A DNA stretch of 64,000 nucleotides from Lepidodermella squamata (GCA_047495785.1 JBLDXI010000049.1:1-64000); one strand, 5' to 3'. Positions 46,857 to 59,618 are shown, counted from the stretch's first letter. The notes: generated from the sequence alone by a model not told the origin. Program-made: numbers and translations.

Positions 46857-49759
46857 CCATTATAGGGCAGTGGAACAGCGGGCATGGTCAGATTTTCAAC
46901 CGATTAGCTGAACTCATCTTTATGATTCAAACATTATTTCTCGATATTGTATTAATTAACGAAATTTGGCTAGATAACAACCAAATTCTAGAAATTCCAG
47001 GTTTTACAGTGTTTCAGGTCGTCAGAGAAAGCCGCTCATCTAATGATGCCAATTACGGAGGCGTCGCAATAGCTGTTAAAAATAACATTAGGATAATTGA
47101 TCAATTCTCTTACCGAACTCAGTACAGCGAGTGGTGCGCCGTTAGGGTAGCTGGCAAAAATGGCAAGACACTGTTAGTATCAACAGGCTACTGCTCACCG
47201 AAAGAGAAGCTTGACACGTCCTTTCTCCAATTGTGTCTGGGCGGAGTTACGGATGCCAATGAGCCCTGTCTCTTTGCAGGCGACCTAAATTGCTGGCACC
47301 CTCTGCTTTCGGCCCCGGACGACCGGGAAAATCCCTCTGGCACCCGGTTAATCGAATGGTTGGCTTGTGAGGGTCACACTCTCATCAGCTCGGGCGAGCC
47401 AACTCATTTCTCACATACAGGTCGAGGTCGCCAAATCGACATTTGGCTCGCAAATCAAGCCGCTCTTCCGATGGTCGTGGACGCACCGGCGGTCGAAGAC
47501 AAATTTGGTAGCGACCATTGCTGCACTCGATTAAATGTGAAATTTTCTAGCTCACCCGACATTCCACGCCCTACCACCTCCGAACCTCGGTTTAACTACT
47601 ATAAAGCGAGCTGGACACAATTTGAAGCTCGGCTCAAATTCTACCTCGAGATTCTTGCTGCACCGCTGAAACCGAAACCGGGCGACCCTGTCAGCTCTTT
47701 GGACGACTATGTCAATGCGATTTTGGACTCCCTGACAAGGGCAGCTAAGGAGACGATTCCCATGTGCACCGAGGCGACACTGCCGTCGTGGAAACTAACT
47801 CCAGAGATTGCAGGCAAGCTGGAACAGCGGAATAGGCTACAGAGGCTTCGAGATCACGCAGCGAATTCGGCCGACAGAGAACTGCTCAAAGCCGAAATCA
47901 ATACGCTGAGCAATATCATCAGGCGCCTAGTGCTGAATCAAAAAATCGCCGAGTGCGAAAAATTTCTCAGGAAAATCGCGAAGCTTTTTAATGAAAGTAA
48001 AAGCAGGTCAGCATGGCAGGCCGTCAATTCGAAGCTGTCACGTCGACGCCGCCAGAGGAAAATTGCCACTCTTCGCAATGCACAAGGTACGAATATTTTA
48101 GAAGACAGGGGTAAGGCCGAGCTCTTAGCGGAAACGTTCGGCAAAGTCGCCGAAGGACCGCCTGTCACTTCAAACAGGGCAGAAGATGTTAAATTCTGGC
48201 AGCAGGTCAGCTCTGAGGTGGCGAACGACGACAGCCTGAAGCCGCTCGAGACGATACCGACGGACCAGTCAGTTGATGTGCCCAAATGGGCGGTGCGTCA
48301 AATGCTCAAAGGTTTGAAGTGGAAGGCCCCTGGGCATGATAACGTTTCAAACGTGCTTCTAAAGCGCGGGGGCTCGCCTCTGGTTAAACACCTGCGATGT
48401 CTCTATAAGTTGAGTTTGAACAGCGGCTACGTACCGTTAGTTTGGAAAATTGCTATTATTGTACCTATTTTGAAAGAAGGGAAAGATTCGCGTCTCCCAG
48501 AGTCATATAGGCCCGTGTCGCTCCTGCCAACGCTGGCCAAAGGTTTGGAAATTATTGTTGCTAAATTTCTATACTATTTTATCGAAAAACACAAACTTCT
48601 GCCTGCCCACCAATTCGGTTTTCGCTCACTTAGGTCCACCATCGATGCAATTTTCCTTTTCATCAGTGATATTGGTATAGCCCTGTCTAAAAAATATAAA
48701 TTAGTTGCTCTTCTGTTGGATTTCAAAGCCGCTTTCGACTGCATCTGGCACGATGGTCTTAGGTACAAACTAAAACAGTCTGGTGTTCCTACTTCAATTG
48801 TTAGATGGATTTCCGACTTCTTAAAAGACAGGTCATTCCGGGTAAGAGTAGGATCCGAACTCAGCGATAGTAAAAATATTTTTTGCGGCGTACCACAGGG
48901 GTCGCCTTTGTCTCCTCTACTTTTTATTTTTTACGCGGCAGAAATGCAGCCAAAGTCTTTCGCCCCGGACGACGGCATGCGCCGAGTTGGGAAGGCGACC
49001 TTCGCCGACGACGCGATTAATTGGGCATACGGGAAAGACTACGCCTCATGTGTCAAGCGGCTCCAGCGACGCCTCACGGCGACTGAAAAATGGTGCAATC
49101 GTTGGCGCTTGAAACTTAACCCTTGCAAATGTGAGGCGATGATCTTTGGACATTACGGTGGAACACCGCCAACTGTGCTACTTCAGCTCTATGGGCAACC
49201 CATTCCACAAGTGACTAAGGTGCGATATTTGGGCCTTAACTTAACGCCACAACTGTCGTGGAACTATCATGTTAATTGTATCGCGGCTAAACTTAAGCCC
49301 CGCGTCGGTGCCTTGTATGGCCTGGCGCGGCGCCATGTCCTCGAAAAGCGGCTGTGTTTGTCTTTTTATAGGACGCTTTTAGAATCTGTTATTATTTACG
49401 CGGCGCCCGCGTTTTACTGCCAGCCTCCCTCGACAAAACAGCACCTTCTTGATCTACAGGCCCACGCCCTTCGAGCCCTCCTTGACTTGCCCTATGAGAC
49501 CGACCCTATCGACGTCATTGCCTATGCCCGCGTCGAAGCTATTGATGATGTTTTTGAAAACGCCCTTAAGAACTATGGCTCTCGCTCCATGGCATGCGGC
49601 CTTGAGGTGGCTGAATACCTGAAGTTCGTCGCGGAAATACAGCCTGCCAATGAAACAGCGCGACAAGTGCTTGAAAGCAAATGCCCTGCGTGGCACCTTC
49701 GAAACGCAGTAGCTTCCTCAGCCGCGACAATTGATAGCCGCCAATGGATTTTAATATAA
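46853..49759 (+). CDS. LINE ORF2, APE endonuclease + reverse transcriptase
   Basis: QWN, INEIW, GGVAIAVK, GDLN, SDH (APE); KAPGHD, YRPVSLL, QFGFR, AFD, GVPQGS, FADD, YLG (RT). Overlaps ORF1 through ATGA. Confidence 0.96.
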   Translation: MTIIGQWNSGHGQIFNRLAELIFMIQTLFLDIVLINEIWLDNNQILEIPGFTVFQVVRESRSSNDANYGGVAIAVKNNIRIIDQFSYRTQYSEWCAVRVAGKNGKTLLVSTGYCSPKEKLDTSFLQLCLGGVTDANEPCLFAGDLNCWHPLLSAPDDRENPSGTRLIEWLACEGHTLISSGEPTHFSHTGRGRQIDIWLANQAALPMVVDAPAVEDKFGSDHCCTRLNVKFSSSPDIPRPTTSEPRFNYYKASWTQFEARLKFYLEILAAPLKPKPGDPVSSLDDYVNAILDSLTRAAKETIPMCTEATLPSWKLTPEIAGKLEQRNRLQRLRDHAANSADRELLKAEINTLSNIIRRLVLNQKIAECEKFLRKIAKLFNESKSRSAWQAVNSKLSRRRRQRKIATLRNAQGTNILEDRGKAELLAETFGKVAEGPPVTSNRAEDVKFWQQVSSEVANDDSLKPLETIPTDQSVDVPKWAVRQMLKGLKWKAPGHDNVSNVLLKRGGSPLVKHLRCLYKLSLNSGYVPLVWKIAIIVPILKEGKDSRLPESYRPVSLLPTLAKGLEIIVAKFLYYFIEKHKLLPAHQFGFRSLRSTIDAIFLFISDIGIALSKKYKLVALLLDFKAAFDCIWHDGLRYKLKQSGVPTSIVRWISDFLKDRSFRVRVGSELSDSKNIFCGVPQGSPLSPLLFIFYAAEMQPKSFAPDDGMRRVGKATFADDAINWAYGKDYASCVKRLQRRLTATEKWCNRWRLKLNPCKCEAMIFGHYGGTPPTVLLQLYGQPIPQVTKVRYLGLNLTPQLSWNYHVNCIAAKLKPRVGALYGLARRHVLEKRLCLSFYRTLLESVIIYAAPAFYCQPPSTKQHLLDLQAHALRALLDLPYETDPIDVIAYARVEAIDDVFENALKNYGSRSMACGLEVAEYLKFVAEIQPANETARQVLESKCPAWHLRNAVASSAATIDSRQWILI

Positions 49760-50446
49760 CGCTCCAACTACATTGAACGTTTTTACATTGCGAATTCTAA
49801 TAGACAGCAACGAATGGCATGATACCACTTCTACCCTCATTTTATATATTTTTACACTACATACATGATTGTTTTGATACATTTTACTCGTTATGAGGCT
49901 CGAGTCAACGCGCCGAGAGCGTCTATGACGGATGGTGGTACAAATAAAATCCTTCACATGCCAAAGATCGGTCGAAAACGTATGGTCTCAGGCTTTTTAT
50001 TGAGTGTCACCCTTATGCATAATTTGTCGCGCAAGAGAAACTGGGTGATGGGTGCTATGCAATTGACATATTGGATAGGTATATGGGCGGTTTTTGCGAC
50101 GAAGTTTAACACGACTGATCTGAAAATAGAAAATGAACTAAGTATACGTTGCGGTGACTCCGAGCATGTCTCCCAATTAGGGTCAGGTAAAGGACTTCAG
50201 TGGTGCTGCGGAAGTTCGTGATTTCCCAAATTTTTCCTCGGATCTTTAAAAGCAGATTCAATTTACTGCAAGCTGAATTGACCGAGTTTTCAATAATTAT
50301 AAAATCGTGAGAAATTTTTGAGAAAAATGCAAATCAATTATCATAAAAAATTATGAATTATTTTCAGTATGTTATGAGGTCATAGAAATTAAAAAATTAC
50401 ACTTTATTTTCCATGAATTTTCGTCACACTTAAAATCACTACCAGG

Positions 50447-50761
50447 CTAAACTGGCCATGAGCCCATGCGATTGAAATCCAACCGAAGTTTCAAGCCTAT
50501 TGGCTGTTTGGATTCAACGAGAGGACTAATTGATTCGATCGATGGTTCTGCAATCGATTTCGGCTTATTAGAACGGCCATATGATTTGAACAGAGACCAA
50601 TACCGGCTCGACCCATCGTTGTAAATCGGCTCGACCGATGACATTGCCGCCTTCTTTCGACTTGGCGGTATGTCGAAAGCCGGGCCGAATCTGAGAGGTG
50701 ATGCGGAAATTTCGGCTAATAAAATTGCAAAAATCAAGAATATGACAGTAGTGAATTTCAT
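50447..50761 (-). CDS. Intronless secreted peptide precursor (candidate YWSLFKSY-amide)
   Basis: MKFTTVIFLIFAILLAEISA signal; RKK site and R-YWSLFKSY-GR; TATA-like element upstream. Confidence 0.75.
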   Translation of the reverse strand: MKFTTVIFLIFAILLAEISASPLRFGPAFDIPPSRKKAAMSSVEPIYNDGSSRYWSLFKSYGRSNKPKSIAEPSIESISPLVESKQPIGLKLRLDFNRMGSWPV

Positions 50762-51061
50762 GTTCCAGCACGAGTTTTGAATTTATTCGATTTTAACTGG
50801 CAAAGTTTTGCTGATTTATATAGTAACTAACGGCTCGCATGGAATGTTCTCTCGTGGGTGAACATTAATAAACTAGGCATCAAATTTCGATAAGGAGGTC
50901 TGCCAATATCATTCTGATTAATTAAATTGCTTCAAGGATTTCGTTTTTCATATAAAATTACCGGTGAAAAATTTGGCGTGGAAATATTTAATTTATTTAA
51001 TGGCGAAAAAATTAATCGTGTGGACATCGCAATATGGCAAGGATTTCGAATTGTTGTCCGT

Positions 51062-51415
51062 TCAGCCTAGCACGCGCGAGACTCGATATCGATTAGGATT
51101 TCTGTTTTTCGGCCGGCGCTTTTCAACTGATTTTCGACTGATCGCCGATTTTTCGCGCATTTTGTCACGAAAATATCGCATCAAAGCCGTTCGCTCGGCT
51201 TTACTCCACACCAGCGATCTTTTGCTAGAAAATTATTAAAAAGTTAACAAAAAATTACTGATTATTTTTGCTCACTAAAGCCGACGGTATAAGTAAGGCT
51301 GGTTTTCATCGTCGAGTTGAAACGGCCATGAACGGTGAAAGCCCATCAAAATGCATTCAATCAGGCCTAACTGAGCCACAAAAACTACGGCGAGAAGGAT
51401 TAAACCCGTCTTCAT
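51062..51415 (-). CDS. Secreted prepropeptide; exons 51415-51276, 51224-51062
   Basis: MKTGLILLAVVFVAQLGLIEC...RRLY|KR-SLVWSKAERTALMRYFRDKMREKSAISRKSVE-KR-RPKNRNPNRYRVSRVL-G-stop; phase-2 intron. Confidence 0.8.
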
Positions 51416-51616
51416 TTTATTTTTAAATAAAAAATTATGAAAATCACGTGCATCGTGGTGTCGCAAAAGAGACACGCAAGCCGAAATTAGCAAAAACATA
51501 TGCGAGCTAATTACTAGTTGGCGAGACAATTCTGGGTCATGCAAAGTGTGAAAGGATGAAAATAGCTGAAGAAGAATCATTTTCGATTTTTTTCGCAATT
51601 TTCGAAAAACGCAAAT

Positions 51617-51917
51617 ATGCGTTTCTTTGTTGCTCTCAATTTTTTTATGCTTTTCCTGACTTTGATCAATGTTGCCGCTGGAGATCCGATAGCAAACGCC
51701 GATGACTACGACTACTTCGATGTTGGAATAAAGTAATTCGTTTTTCATCAGCGAATTTCGTGTTATTTTTAGTAATTTTTTTCTCAGTTCGAATGATATG
51801 AAAGAATTGGACCCGAACACACAGACGTTTGCTGTCGATTGCAATGACGAATCGCCGGATGAGGTGAAAGAAGTCCGTCCTTACCTGCCGGCAATGCGCG
51901 GTGAAACGGCTGTGTAA
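51617..51917 (+). CDS. Small secreted acidic peptide; exons 51617-51732, 51788-51917
   Basis: MRFFVALNFFMLFLTLINVAAG signal, then DPIANADDYDYFDVGIN|SNDMKE...RPYLPAMRGETAV; phase-2 intron; AATAAA downstream. Confidence 0.7.
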
Positions 51918-52537
51918 TATGATCATCGGAACACGCTGTATGTACTAAAAGTTCTGACAAAAATAATGAGCAATCAAATAAACGCGAAACGCACTTTCTG
52001 ACCTTCGGTAATTTCCGGGTTTCATGTATCAATGTCACCTGAGGTTTGGCTTGGACCTAAATTGACAGATTTAGACTAAACAGCCTCGTGGTTCCGTTCG
52101 AGACATATACGTGGACCTATTTGCGACACAAATTTGAGGAAAAATGAAAGGAATTTCCTCTATAATCCTTAATATCATTTGCTAAATCATCTCAGCGTTT
52201 TTGTCACATTGTCTAACTGGATCAAACGGACAGAAAATTGTCCTGAAATATGTCAAAAACAAGTGAATTTTATTCTCAACTTGGGATTTTTGCTCAAAAC
52301 ATTACAATAATAATAATTAATAATATTACACGAGTTTCAGAAAAATAATTCGTGACATTTAAAGAACAATTCATTTTATCATATTCGGTCATCATTATTT
52401 TGAGCGACAAGAAACAATCAGCACATTTTATACATTAAATTTCAGAAAAATATCTCGTTTTCACAACAGGACATTTGAGAAGTTAGCCACTTTCGGGTTA
52501 ATAACCGGTACGTATAATGTTGTTTTTTTTGTTATTT

Positions 52538-54841
52538 TTAATTTACTTTTGAACTCGCGACGAAACCGGTGTTGCCGCTGTTGTTCGCAAGCATTGAAGC
52601 GATGAGATGCGGCTCAGCTTTGCGTTGAGCTTCGACGATTTTGAAAGAAAGGTCCAGACACAGCATGAGCATGCGCCACGATTCAACGGCTGGTCGTTTC
52701 GATTCGTCGGCCGAGCAAAAACTGTACGCGGTTAGAAACAGGTGCCTCAACAGACTCAGCCGCTCGTTTCCATGCACAGATTCAGCTAATTAGGAGAAGA
52801 AATAATTAATGAATAAAATTGCAAAAATCGTAGGATAATTTTGGACAGCATAGAAATAGCTGTACAAAAATTAGGTAAAAACTCAAATTAAAACAAATTA
52901 ATTTCCCGTTAATTATGCAAAATTATGCAACATCAGGTGAAATTTAAAAAATCGGAAATCAGCTTCGAAATTTTTCAGAAAATTCTTAACCGGCAAAAAC
53001 ATGACTTTCCAAAAGCTAATAGCCCCCGTTTTGGTCGCTTATTGATTAATTATTGATTTTTACTCACTCTCCTGATTTTCCCGTACGCTCGGTGCATGAA
53101 AAATGCAATAATTATGAAATTTCTCCACCTCATTATTTCCATGTGTCCCAAATTATTTTAACGAAAGAAAAACACGTAAGGTGAATGTTTTTTCAATTAA
53201 TTTGCACCCCATATACGTCATCACAGCCACGTTACAAAAAGACAAAAAAACGGCGTAATAAATAATAATATTAGCGATAATATAACGAAACCACAATGTC
53301 TCTTACCATTAAATAAGAGAAGACTGAAAAATAGTGATAGTTCGACGAGGGATGGATTCCAGGCTTCGAAAAGCGCAGACAATTCAGAGGCAGAGCTGAT
53401 TGAGTTCTGAACAAAAAATTAAAATTAAAAATAAATATTTTGTCCGTTAATTACAAACTCGAAGTTCTGGATTGAGATGCATGCAGGTTGTCAGCAGATT
53501 TTTGTCCGAGCCAAACTTCGACAACGCATTACCGGGTAGACAGGCATAGGCGGCACTAATCGCCTGCCAGCTTTTCATCAGCATAGTATTCGTCTCATCG
53601 AGGGTCAACTTAAAAATATCTGTTATATTCGAAAATTCAATTAGAGTCATTCTGTCTCATGATATTTTGTACTCACCCCCGAAATGTGTGGCGTAGGCTA
53701 TGCCAACCTCGAGACTGTCGTGAACTTGTTTGATAGCCGCGTGATCACTCGCTTTGCTGCTCGGCAGCGAGAGCTAGACAAAAAATCAATCATCAGCAGA
53801 CATTGAAATAAGTAGCAACCGACACTCGAGCTACAAGTGCGAAATTGCAAATTTTGTCCCAGACGCGCAACTAATGTCGTGCATAGACATAAGACATTGA
53901 AGCGCAACGCCTGCGCTCGCGGACAATATTTGTCGAGAACATAATTAGACACATTTTTAGATTTAATTACACGAGGATGGAGAGCGGGAAAAAAGTACCA
54001 CGTTATTTTCTTATGTTGAAAAAATTAAAAAAAATGGAAAATTTGAGCAACAGCTTTCACAACAAATTTAATTTAAAATTTAAATTAAATCTGCTAACCA
54101 TTTCCAAGCCGTTGAGAATTGCGAAAGCGTTGAATGAATTTCGAACAGCGTTATCGAGCGTTGCAGCGTCGAACATGAGGGGAACATTGACGAAAATCGG
54201 AGCATCGCTAGACACTCTAGCCGGGGGTGTTTGGGTGCTGTGAATAGCAGTAGGCATTGAATCGTAGTCTTCGACGTGTTTCGCCGGCGCTTTTGCCAAC
54301 ATTGGCGCATCTTCAGTGGCAGAGCTTGACGAGTTTGAATCGCTCGATCTTGGCTCGTCTTTCAACAATTTCGAATCATCGCTCCGAGCAATCTGCTGCT
54401 TGGCTGGAGAAAATGTTAAAAATCATTTAAAACAATTTTTCAAAATGTTAAACAATTTTTTTATAAATTAAGAAAAATTCTTCGAATTCGAATTCGAACT
54501 ATTTCTGTTAATTTTTTTATACTTACAATGCATTCCCATTGCGACGCATTTTTCGAATCGGCACTTCGGGCAGCATCGGCGATTGCCAACATCGACCGGG
54601 CAGTTGAATTTGCCGCTCGAGCACAACAATTCGGAACGGCGCGAAAAATTTCGCGTGAAAAACTTCTGGCACGCCTCGCAAGTTTTCGGGTGATAACGCT
54701 TACGCCGTGGCACAATAGCGGCGCAAATCTAGGTTAAGCAAAAAATGATAATTTGAAAATTGTTAATAAAATGTTTTTTTCACTCACCCTGCAATGCATT
54801 ATGCGAGTTTCTTTCTCTTCCTTGGAAAAACTTCTCGGCAT
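52538..54841 (-). CDS. Divergent nuclear hormone receptor, multi-exon (internal LBD exon boundaries approximate)
   Basis: MPRSF...HCR|ICAAIVPRRKRYHPKTCEACQKFFTR...CPVDVGNRRCCPKCRFEKCVAMGM. LBD-like exons at 54057-54400, 53447-53650, 53310-53407 and 52538-52790. Confidence 0.8.
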
Positions 54842-57800
54842 TTTTCCCGCCAACAGGTTTGAAATATAGGAATAAATATTCTAGTTATCAAGACAAAGAA
54901 ATAAAGAGAGAATAGCAGTTGGCTATTGCCAAGAATTTTGCGCGTTTACACTGCGGGGCTATAAATAAAAAAATTCAATATAACTTGAAAAAAAGAGACA
55001 GCACCGTGCATTTTATAGCGGTTTTCCCGCGCCTATTCTATCGATTGCCGATACATGCGAGACAGACAAGGGCTAGAATTTTTCACGGACAAGGTCTATG
55101 CTATTGAAATCACGTACAACGCGAGCTGTTGAGCTTATTCATTCGTTTTATTTTCGGTGATAGCGTACGGGAGATTCACCTGCAGTCTCGCCTGCGCGGC
55201 AAGGAAGCACGTCATTGAGAGCGAGCAGACAGTCTGTGCTCGGGTTATACTTATACTATCGTATCCGAGGATGAAGTGCGCAAATTATCACATTACACAT
55301 CCCACATCATCAAAAATCAGCCAGACATTCGATATCAAGTTGCTAAAAACCGCAGACATTCGAGAAATGATCGCATGATTAGGATTATGAAATCGTGACC
55401 ATATAATTCAAATCGCGTGAACTAAGGCCCTCAGACACTTTTTGTCCGTTATATAAATAAAATCGCGTCTGTTGAATTCGAACTCGCACATTATGAGGAC
55501 TAATTATTAGCGAAGAACATTTCGGAACAAAACGAGGTCATCCGCAATGTGTCAGTTTAGACAAGAAAACCAGCCGGCTAATTGCCATGTTATTTTATTA
55601 CAAAAAGCCCACCTTAAAAAAATAGTCACGCACGTGTTGAGCTATTGAAAATTCACCGACTTTGATCTTGATCGAAAAATGATTAGAAAAAATTGAGAGA
55701 AGCCTTAGCGTGAACCGCGTGGAGAGATCAAAGGTGAACAAATCAATGTCACCAAACACACGAAAAAATATCTCCGAGGCCCGACGAACTACAACGAAAA
55801 TTATGGCACTATTAAAAAGACACTGATGAAAAAAAAATTATGGTAAATTAAACCATGATGAGTATACTCGAAAGCAAGCAAAGACGTCGACAGCGTTCTA
55901 GAAAAGATATAATTAGAGAACCGCGACGAGAAACAGATATGTAACATGTAAGCTATAATCTTATTCGACGGCTGATTATTAATGCGGCTATAAATAGAAG
56001 ATGTTGTGTAGGGGACATCGATATATTACAGACATATTAGCGGAACGCACGCCGTTCGTAATAATCCTCGAAAAATAACTAGGTCAAAATAAAGCCAGAT
56101 CAATATAAGTGAAATTAAATTTTTTTAGGTGTATTTCTCGGTATTATACCTGTCTAACCATCGGCCTGGACACCCAACACATACACAGCCATGCAGCTGA
56201 ATTATAACAAAAATAATAGCACGGCGTATTGTAGTGGTCGTTACAAGGACGCTGTATATGCACGTACGCAAGTAGAATGTGACGAGAATGATGAGCTTTT
56301 TGTTGTTTTATTATACCCACAACCCACAAGCACGATAATTAACCGGCTGCTGCTTCGGCGTGGTGAGTACTTGATGTGCAGCTATTTTCATGCAGGTATA
56401 TATAATAAAAACAGTTCTACTAATACTATCTTGTTTTTAGAGAAAGCTTGAGTAGACAATAAAGTTATGAACGGTTTTTCAAATAAACTTTTGCTATAGA
56501 AATTTGAACTAGAAAAAATCACAAATTTTCCTGCAAATATTGATGGGCTTTTCTATGAAGTAACCTGGAAAATGAGAACGCTGATTTTCTTTTAAGTTTT
56601 ACTGTTCGTCTTTGAGAATTGGGTCAAATTTGACAGAAAAAAGCGAAGTATCGAATTAATCGAGAACGGCAGAAAAATGATTAACAAGCGATTACATGGT
56701 AGACTAGAGGTAATTATTTTCTGCAATCCAAAAATCAAAAGAACCGGCTTTCTGCTGAACGTGTAGGATGTAGGAAATCATTTTCGACCTGGAGACAAAG
56801 TAGTCACGGGACGAAACGAGACAAATCATTAGGCTAAAATCGTCAGACATTTATCGAGAAGTCCAAAATGGGTCTATGATGGGTCGCTAAAAAATCACGT
56901 GAAGCCACGTAAAAAAGGCATATAGGAGAGACAGATGTCTCTTACCGTATTCAAAGCAGAGCAATCTTCGCGGTTATATTACGAGTAGCGCTTTTCAATA
57001 TGATTTTCGCATGAATCAGTCAGTATTGGATTGATGTCCTGAAATGGGAGCAAACCTCACGTTCGCTATGGTGATGATAAAAAATTCAATAAATAAGAGA
57101 GAAAATTCAAGTGGAAGGGAAAGAAGGAGAGATGTCTGTAATGAGCGTTATTTTTTAACAATTCGATGACCAAACATTTTCCTGTAATGCTGTGGACATG
57201 AACCTCGAATAAAAGTCATGGCACGCGCTCAAATAATAATTTTGAATAAAATATGATAAATTGCCGAAAATTATTTAACCTTTAAATGTCCCCTAATAAC
57301 GTTTCATATTTTGCTTGCAGGATGAAAAATACTGTTATGGTTGTTGCGCCCAAAAATCTTGGCCATTTTAAAATTTCTTGTTATTTACTCGAAAATAATT
57401 GAATATGGGTAATTAGTCCGCGTAAGGTAATTTGACGGGCTAAATGTAGGAGGTTAATGGGGGTCATTACCCGAACAACTACATATGTGTTCGAGTGGTT
57501 TATTACCGGCTGTAAAGTGTAAGTGATTGAAGGACTGAGAAATAATATGAAGAGTAGAGCAATCAAATGATTTTTCAGCTAAAAAATGTGGCTTTAAAAC
57601 GCTCATCGCTATTGTTGTTTATCTGACAGTGTGTCCTGTATTGCGAGGACACGTGGGCCTGGTAAGCTTTGAACTGGAATAACATCATCAGTTGATCATC
57701 AGCCAAAAGTGTCCGTGAAACACGCGCCACATGTCCGCGTTCAATGGTGCACGAGCCTAGACAGGCCCTCAGCTTTCGCGTCTATGTTTATAAGTTTAAA

Positions 57801-59618
57801 AATAAACACAACTCTTTGAGATTTACCACGGACCCGCGCCATCGCTTTTTCCAGCATGCGCTCGTGGAATATTTGCTAGCATGAAAAAAATCGATTTTTT
57901 GTGTGTGATACTTTTAAAAAAAATTAATGAAATTTCAAATGGTGATTGTGGACACGGTAACTTTGGACACTTTCGGCTTTGCAGGTGTTTAGCTTTTCAG
58001 GGTTGAACGTTTAAATCATGGGGGTTTTGCATAAATTCTCCGTCTCTTCAGCTTTCGTTTGACATAAAAATCAAGACGCTTGGAGCTGAAATCGGATTTC
58101 AGAAAAAGTTGCAAGCAGTTAGACTTTGGGTGCTGTTTAGGGACCCCCCTTCTATCTTTCTAAAAATCGAACAGTTTTCAATAAAAGTAGGCAAGAGTAT
58201 TCTCCTATCTTTACTCTCCCTATAATTGAAGGAAAAATGGCAATCGGCGCGTTTTAGCAGGGCACTTACCTGAAAAACAGGTGAAAATTGGGGTAATTTT
58301 GGACACTTTTCGACGGTTTGTTTGCGGGTGCGCAGAAACGAATTTTTATTGAACTTTCGATTCAAGAATTCAAGAATCACCGTCCCCACTTTTGGTGATA
58401 ATTTCAGAAATTTAGGAGTAAAGGCTGATTTTTAATGTTCGAAAAACACGTTTTGTTCAAAGATACCACTCGTTACGGTAATTGAAAGAATTTGAAATTT
58501 AATCAATTATACGAAGTGTTTATTTGTACATAATTATGTGGTATATTTTAACTATTTTTCAACTGTTTTTATACAGAATTTTTTAAATTGAACGCTGTTT
58601 TTTTAATTCTGGCGGGGCTTTTTGAAAATACTTTTCTGTACAAATAGGGAGTCTAGTGAGACCCGCTAAGGGTTTTAATAGAATATTGCAATATTATAAA
58701 TAATTGGGCGTTATTAATTTTAATACAGCGATAGTTTTGTTAGACGTCCAGTCTTCTAAGAACCGGAATTTCTGTAAAATCTTACGGCTTCCCTAGTTGC
58801 TCTCTTTCGCAGAAAAAGTGTGGACATTTCACGGTTAAAACGTACTTTTCTAGCTCTGGGAAGGCTCGCAAGTCCGGTTCCGGCTGTTTACAACCTTCGT
58901 TTCGATCGCTTCCGAGCAATAGGGGAGAGGTTGCGGGGGTGAAATTTGATAAAACTTGAGAATAACAAAAATTCATCACTCAAATTTTGACTTGAAATCA
59001 AGCGTTCACGTCAGAAAACATGCTTATACTGAACATCGAGTACACTGCCTATAACCCGACTAGTCTGGACGTTTTTAGCCTGGACATTATGGCACTATCT
59101 TATAGTCCGGTTGACACAATTTTGACTATAATAAAAGCTACCGCGAAAATATCCGGAAATTCCTGTAGGGAGACTAATCGTCTCAGCTCAGAGACAGCGG
59201 ACAGCGGACAGCTGAGAGCGCTGATCGTAAGACAATCAGGGTGTCTCATCATCGTAGGCTTGGCGATGAGCCATGACTTTTTGTCCCACCAAATTAAGTG
59301 TCATCAAAATGATCGATTTTGCAAAAAAAAACAATCATTCGTCAACAAAGGCTGAATGCATAACTATAGGTAGATCTCGTGTCGTTGATGACATTTTTCT
59401 TTGAGAGCGGCTTCTTAACCATCAGCGTTTTTGAGATAGATGACTTTTACTAAGAAAATTAATAATTACGGATTAAATTGCCATTTTTTATTCGACATTC
59501 TTAGTTAAATTAGCAAAAATTAGAGAAAATTCCTTTTTGATAAAAAAAATCGACAATTACTATGAAAAAATGCGTTATAGTTCATTCTTTTACATTGAAA
59601 TAGGAAGAACAATTTATT

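Larger units (their letters stand above)
45099..49960 (+). mobile_element. Full-length non-LTR retrotransposon (I/Jockey-group architecture)
   Basis: Two intact ORFs; AATAAA near 49943; boundaries defined by the interrupted host repeat. Confidence 0.92.

Noticed and set aside
51062-51224. NPY/NPF orthology (ALMRYF segment)
   Set aside because: Lacks the RxRF/Y-amide C-terminus and the PP-fold prolines; the resemblance is too weak.
51275-51844. 189-aa ORF as a single gene
   Set aside because: A chance read-through: the antisense of the 51617 gene plus the intergenic region plus exon 1 of the 51415 gene.
55855-57100. Possible spliced gene(s), including ORF 56191-56451
   Set aside because: Trial splicing hit in-frame stops, and no recognisable domain was found.
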